Part shown: positions 61,368-64,000 of the stretch, piece after piece
Layout: each line of letters begins with the position of its first letter
Position numbering within the stretch: the first letter of the stretch is position 1
Assembly (NCBI GenBank): GCA_965213625.1
Contig: CBDBZU010000004.1
Span: forward strand, 736,001-800,000
DNA from: a bacterium
GTDB taxonomy: Bacteria; UBA8248
Length of the DNA stretch: 64,000 bases
Direction: 5' to 3'
Position numbers and translations under genes: made by a program
The notes under the pieces: generated by a model
What the model was told of the DNA's origin: nothing
What the model saw: only the letters and a program-made list of their open reading frames with translations
Database searches by the model: none

Positions 61368-61855
61368 TGGTGTATCTGCTCGACGCCAATGTGTTCATAG
61401 AGGCGAAAAACAGGCATTACCCGCTCGATTTTTTTCCTGCATTCTGGGATTGGCTGATCCTGGCGAACGCCGAGAAAAAAGTATTCAGCAACTAAAAGAT
61501 TAAAGACGAACTACACGCCATCCAGGACGAACTATCCGAATGGACCGGTAAGCGTGGCGATGAATTTTTCCTCAAACTTCCCGATATGTCCTCCGCGCTC
61601 GCAGGGGTAGCCGAGTGGGTAACCAATCAAGATTACGAGCAATCCGCTGTCAGGAGATTTTTTCAAGATGCGGATTATTTCCTGGTTGCGCACGCTCTTT
61701 TCGGCGGCTACGAGATCGTAACGCACGAAATCAAATCTGGTTCGCAAAAGAAGATCAAGATTCCCGATGTATGCGAGGGTTTGGATATCGGCTATTTAAC
61801 GCCGTTTGAAATGTTGCGTCGAGAAAACGCACGGTTCGTTCTCGATAGAATTTAA
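61367..61855 (+). pseudogene. DUF4411 (PIN-like) protein with in-frame TAA at 61493-61495
   Basis: YLLDANVFIEAKNRHY..PAFWDWL..VFSN*KIKDEL..ADYFLVAHA..KIKIPDVC. Confidence 0.85.
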
Positions 61856-61931
61856 CCCTACCTGAATCGAGCACCCCCATTTCCCAAAAATAATAACTTG
61901 CAGAATAAAAACCTGCTTTGAGTCAGTTCCA

Positions 61932-63023
61932 TTATCTCGCTTTCTCAGTCGACGACGCTCCGTCTTGGGTGGTTCGGGGCCGCGCGTCTCTCCTGAGGGC
62001 GGCGTCGACGGTCTCGGGCGCGATGGGGGCGAGAGAACCTGCGAACTGCCGCGCCGACTCAGCCCAGGTGTATTTGCGCGCGCGGGCGATAGCGGCGGCG
62101 GGGTCGAGCGAGAGGGCGTTCTCTATGCTTAAGCTCAAATCCTGGTCTAGCCAGCCGCTCACGCCGTGTTCGACGACGTCGATGGGGCCGGGCACCGGAT
62201 AGGCCGCGACGGGCAGGCCGCACGCCATGGCCTCTATCATAACGAGGCCGAAAGTATCCGAACGGCTCGGGAAGACGAAGACGTCGCAGCCCGATATCTC
62301 GCGTACGAGATCATCGCCGAAGAGGTAGCCGGTGAAATGTGCCTCTGGGTATCTGGCTTCGAGCGATTTACGGGACGGGCCGTCGCCGATGACGACCTTG
62401 GTTCCGGGCGTCTCGGCACCCAGAAACGCCTCGATATTCTTCTCCACCGAGAGGCGTCCCACGTAGACGAGCCTCGGGCCGGGGAGGTTTGCCGTCGCGC
62501 CGCCCGGAAGGGGGCGGAAGCGCGCATGATCCACCCCGCGCGTCCAGGTCCTGACTTCGTTGAAGCCCCGTTCCCCCAGTTCGCGCGCCATGCTCGGCGT
62601 GGGGACCATGACGCACAGGCCCGGCCCGTGGAACCGGCGCAGGACGGCGTAGGCAATACGCTCCATGCCGGGAAGTGGAAAGCGCGCGGCGAGAAACTCA
62701 GGGAAGCGCGTATGATAGCCCGTCGTGAAGGGGAGTCCGCGCCTCATGCACCAGCGCCTCACGGCGAATCCGATGGGGCCTTCGGTCGAGACGTGGACGT
62801 GGTCGGGCCGGAAATCGGCAACCGTATTCGTGATTTCTTTTTGCGAGAGCCGCGCGAGCCTGATTTCGGGATAATAAGGCAGCGCGGCCGTGCGGCGTCC
62901 CTCGGGCGTCAGCATGCGGACGCCGTGACCGGCCGTCTCCAGTTGCGCCGCGACGTTCTCTATCGTGCGGACGACCCCGTTAACCTGCGGCCGCCAGGCA
63001 TCCGTCGCTATGAGAACGCGCAT
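61932..63023 (-). CDS. GT4 glycosyltransferase
   Basis: TDAWRPQVNGVV, STEGPIG, YVGRLSVEKN, DTFGLVMIEAMACG. Confidence 0.93.
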   Translation of the reverse strand: MRVLIATDAWRPQVNGVVRTIENVAAQLETAGHGVRMLTPEGRRTAALPYYPEIRLARLSQKEITNTVADFRPDHVHVSTEGPIGFAVRRWCMRRGLPFTTGYHTRFPEFLAARFPLPGMERIAYAVLRRFHGPGLCVMVPTPSMARELGERGFNEVRTWTRGVDHARFRPLPGGATANLPGPRLVYVGRLSVEKNIEAFLGAETPGTKVVIGDGPSRKSLEARYPEAHFTGYLFGDDLVREISGCDVFVFPSRSDTFGLVMIEAMACGLPVAAYPVPGPIDVVEHGVSGWLDQDLSLSIENALSLDPAAAIARARKYTWAESARQFAGSLAPIAPETVDAALRRDARPRTTQDGASSTEKAR

Positions 63024-63798
63024 GTTCCTCCTCCAGGGTTTTCTTGTATTCGTTCCAGTGGATGAGTTCAAGGCGTCCGTCCATGTGCTCGACCAGGGCC
63101 GTACAGCTCTCCACCCAATCGCCGTCGTTGCAGTAGTGGATTCCCTCGATCATGCGCATGTCGGGCGTGTGGATGTGCCCGCAGATGACGCCGTCGGCAC
63201 CTGCGTCACGCGCCGCTCGCACTACCGCCTGCTCGAGATTGGAGATGAACTCCACGGCGCGCTTCACGTTGCGCTTGAGATAGGCCGAGAGCGACCAGTA
63301 GGGAAGGCCCACCACGCGCCTGAGCTTATTGAACCGCTGGTTGACCCAGATGGCCGTCTTGTAGGCGCGGTCTCCGAAGTGCGCCAGCCACTTGGCGTAG
63401 AGGACGACGCCGTCGAACTGATCGCCGTGGAGCACCAGGTATTTCTTGCCGTCCGCCGTGCGGTGCACGTAATCGTGCCGCACCCGCACGCGGCCGAAGT
63501 GCTGCCCGCAGAAGTCGCGGAACATCTCGTCGTGATTGCCGGGAATGTAGAAGACCTTGGTGCCCTTGCGCGCCTTCCGGAGGAGTTTCTGGATAACGTC
63601 GTTGTGAGTCTGGTGCCAGTACCAGTTGCGCTTGAGCGCCCAGTTATCGATGACGTCGCCGACGAGGTAGAGCCTGTCGCTCTCGACCACTTTGAGGAAT
63701 TCGAGCAGTGCTGCGGGCTGGGAGGTTTTGGTACCCAGGTGGATGTCGGATATGAAGACGCTTCGGAAGTGAACGAGGCCGGGCGACGCGGGGCTCAT
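62980..63798 (-). CDS. UDP-2,3-diacylglucosamine diphosphatase-like metallophosphoesterase
   Basis: SDIHLG, GDVID, GNHD, HGD, GHIH, NDGDWVES. Confidence 0.92.
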   Translation of the reverse strand: MSPASPGLVHFRSVFISDIHLGTKTSQPAALLEFLKVVESDRLYLVGDVIDNWALKRNWYWHQTHNDVIQKLLRKARKGTKVFYIPGNHDEMFRDFCGQHFGRVRVRHDYVHRTADGKKYLVLHGDQFDGVVLYAKWLAHFGDRAYKTAIWVNQRFNKLRRVVGLPYWSLSAYLKRNVKRAVEFISNLEQAVVRAARDAGADGVICGHIHTPDMRMIEGIHYCNDGDWVESCTALVEHMDGRLELIHWNEYKKTLEEEHARSHSDGCLAAAG

Positions 63799-64000
63799 CG
63801 GATGAGAAACCTCAGAAAGTGTCCATCCCGAAAAGCTTTGTGATCCCGCCGGTTGGCGGCTCGTCTAGCCACAGACTGAGCGCATGACCGTGACGGAGCG
63901 AAATCACGAGCCCCAAATACCATGAAGAGGGGTGCAATGCAAGCCTGAAATTTTTTCGAGAGCGCGGCCCTGTAATCTTAAAAAGAGCAGGTGGAAATCC

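Overview
64 kb of GC-rich bacterial chromosome. The gene content and the WLARFGRT-type autotransporter are suggestive of a marine, possibly sponge-associated lineage (inference only). The backbone encodes transport and catabolism (Liv-type and Dpp/Opp-type ABC transporters, hydantoinase A/B, SDR, hydrolases, DMTs) and housekeeping genes (ctpA, csaA, rimO, gatAB, degP, queG). Main points the ORF track misses: (1) two selenoproteins split at in-frame UGA codons, each with a SECIS-like hairpin: a GrdB/PrdB-like UxxC protein (18252-19145) and a UGSC-family protein (28238-28792) coupled to a partner, a class-V PLP enzyme and a peptide-type ABC importer; (2) a tandem pair of ~100-nt elements with conserved, covarying secondary structure at 54923-55210, a candidate new structured RNA; (3) a complete IS1182-family element inserted in the centre of a REP-like palindrome, plus six orphan IS-end-like motifs, all in one orientation; (4) three lower-GC TA/defence-like islets (XRE-DUF4258-duplicated-domain protein; AAA ATPase-DUF3226; ImmA/IrrE-DUF4411); (5) a lipoprotein alpha/beta-hydrolase autotransporter next to its soluble paralogue; (6) a low-GC gatAB-DAC-degP block lying between two related intergenic repeats and containing an unannotated 35-aa membrane protein; (7) five genes broken by single lesions, which may be sequencing errors. 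No rRNA, tRNA or CRISPR array was recognised. Family assignments are from motif recognition, not database searches.
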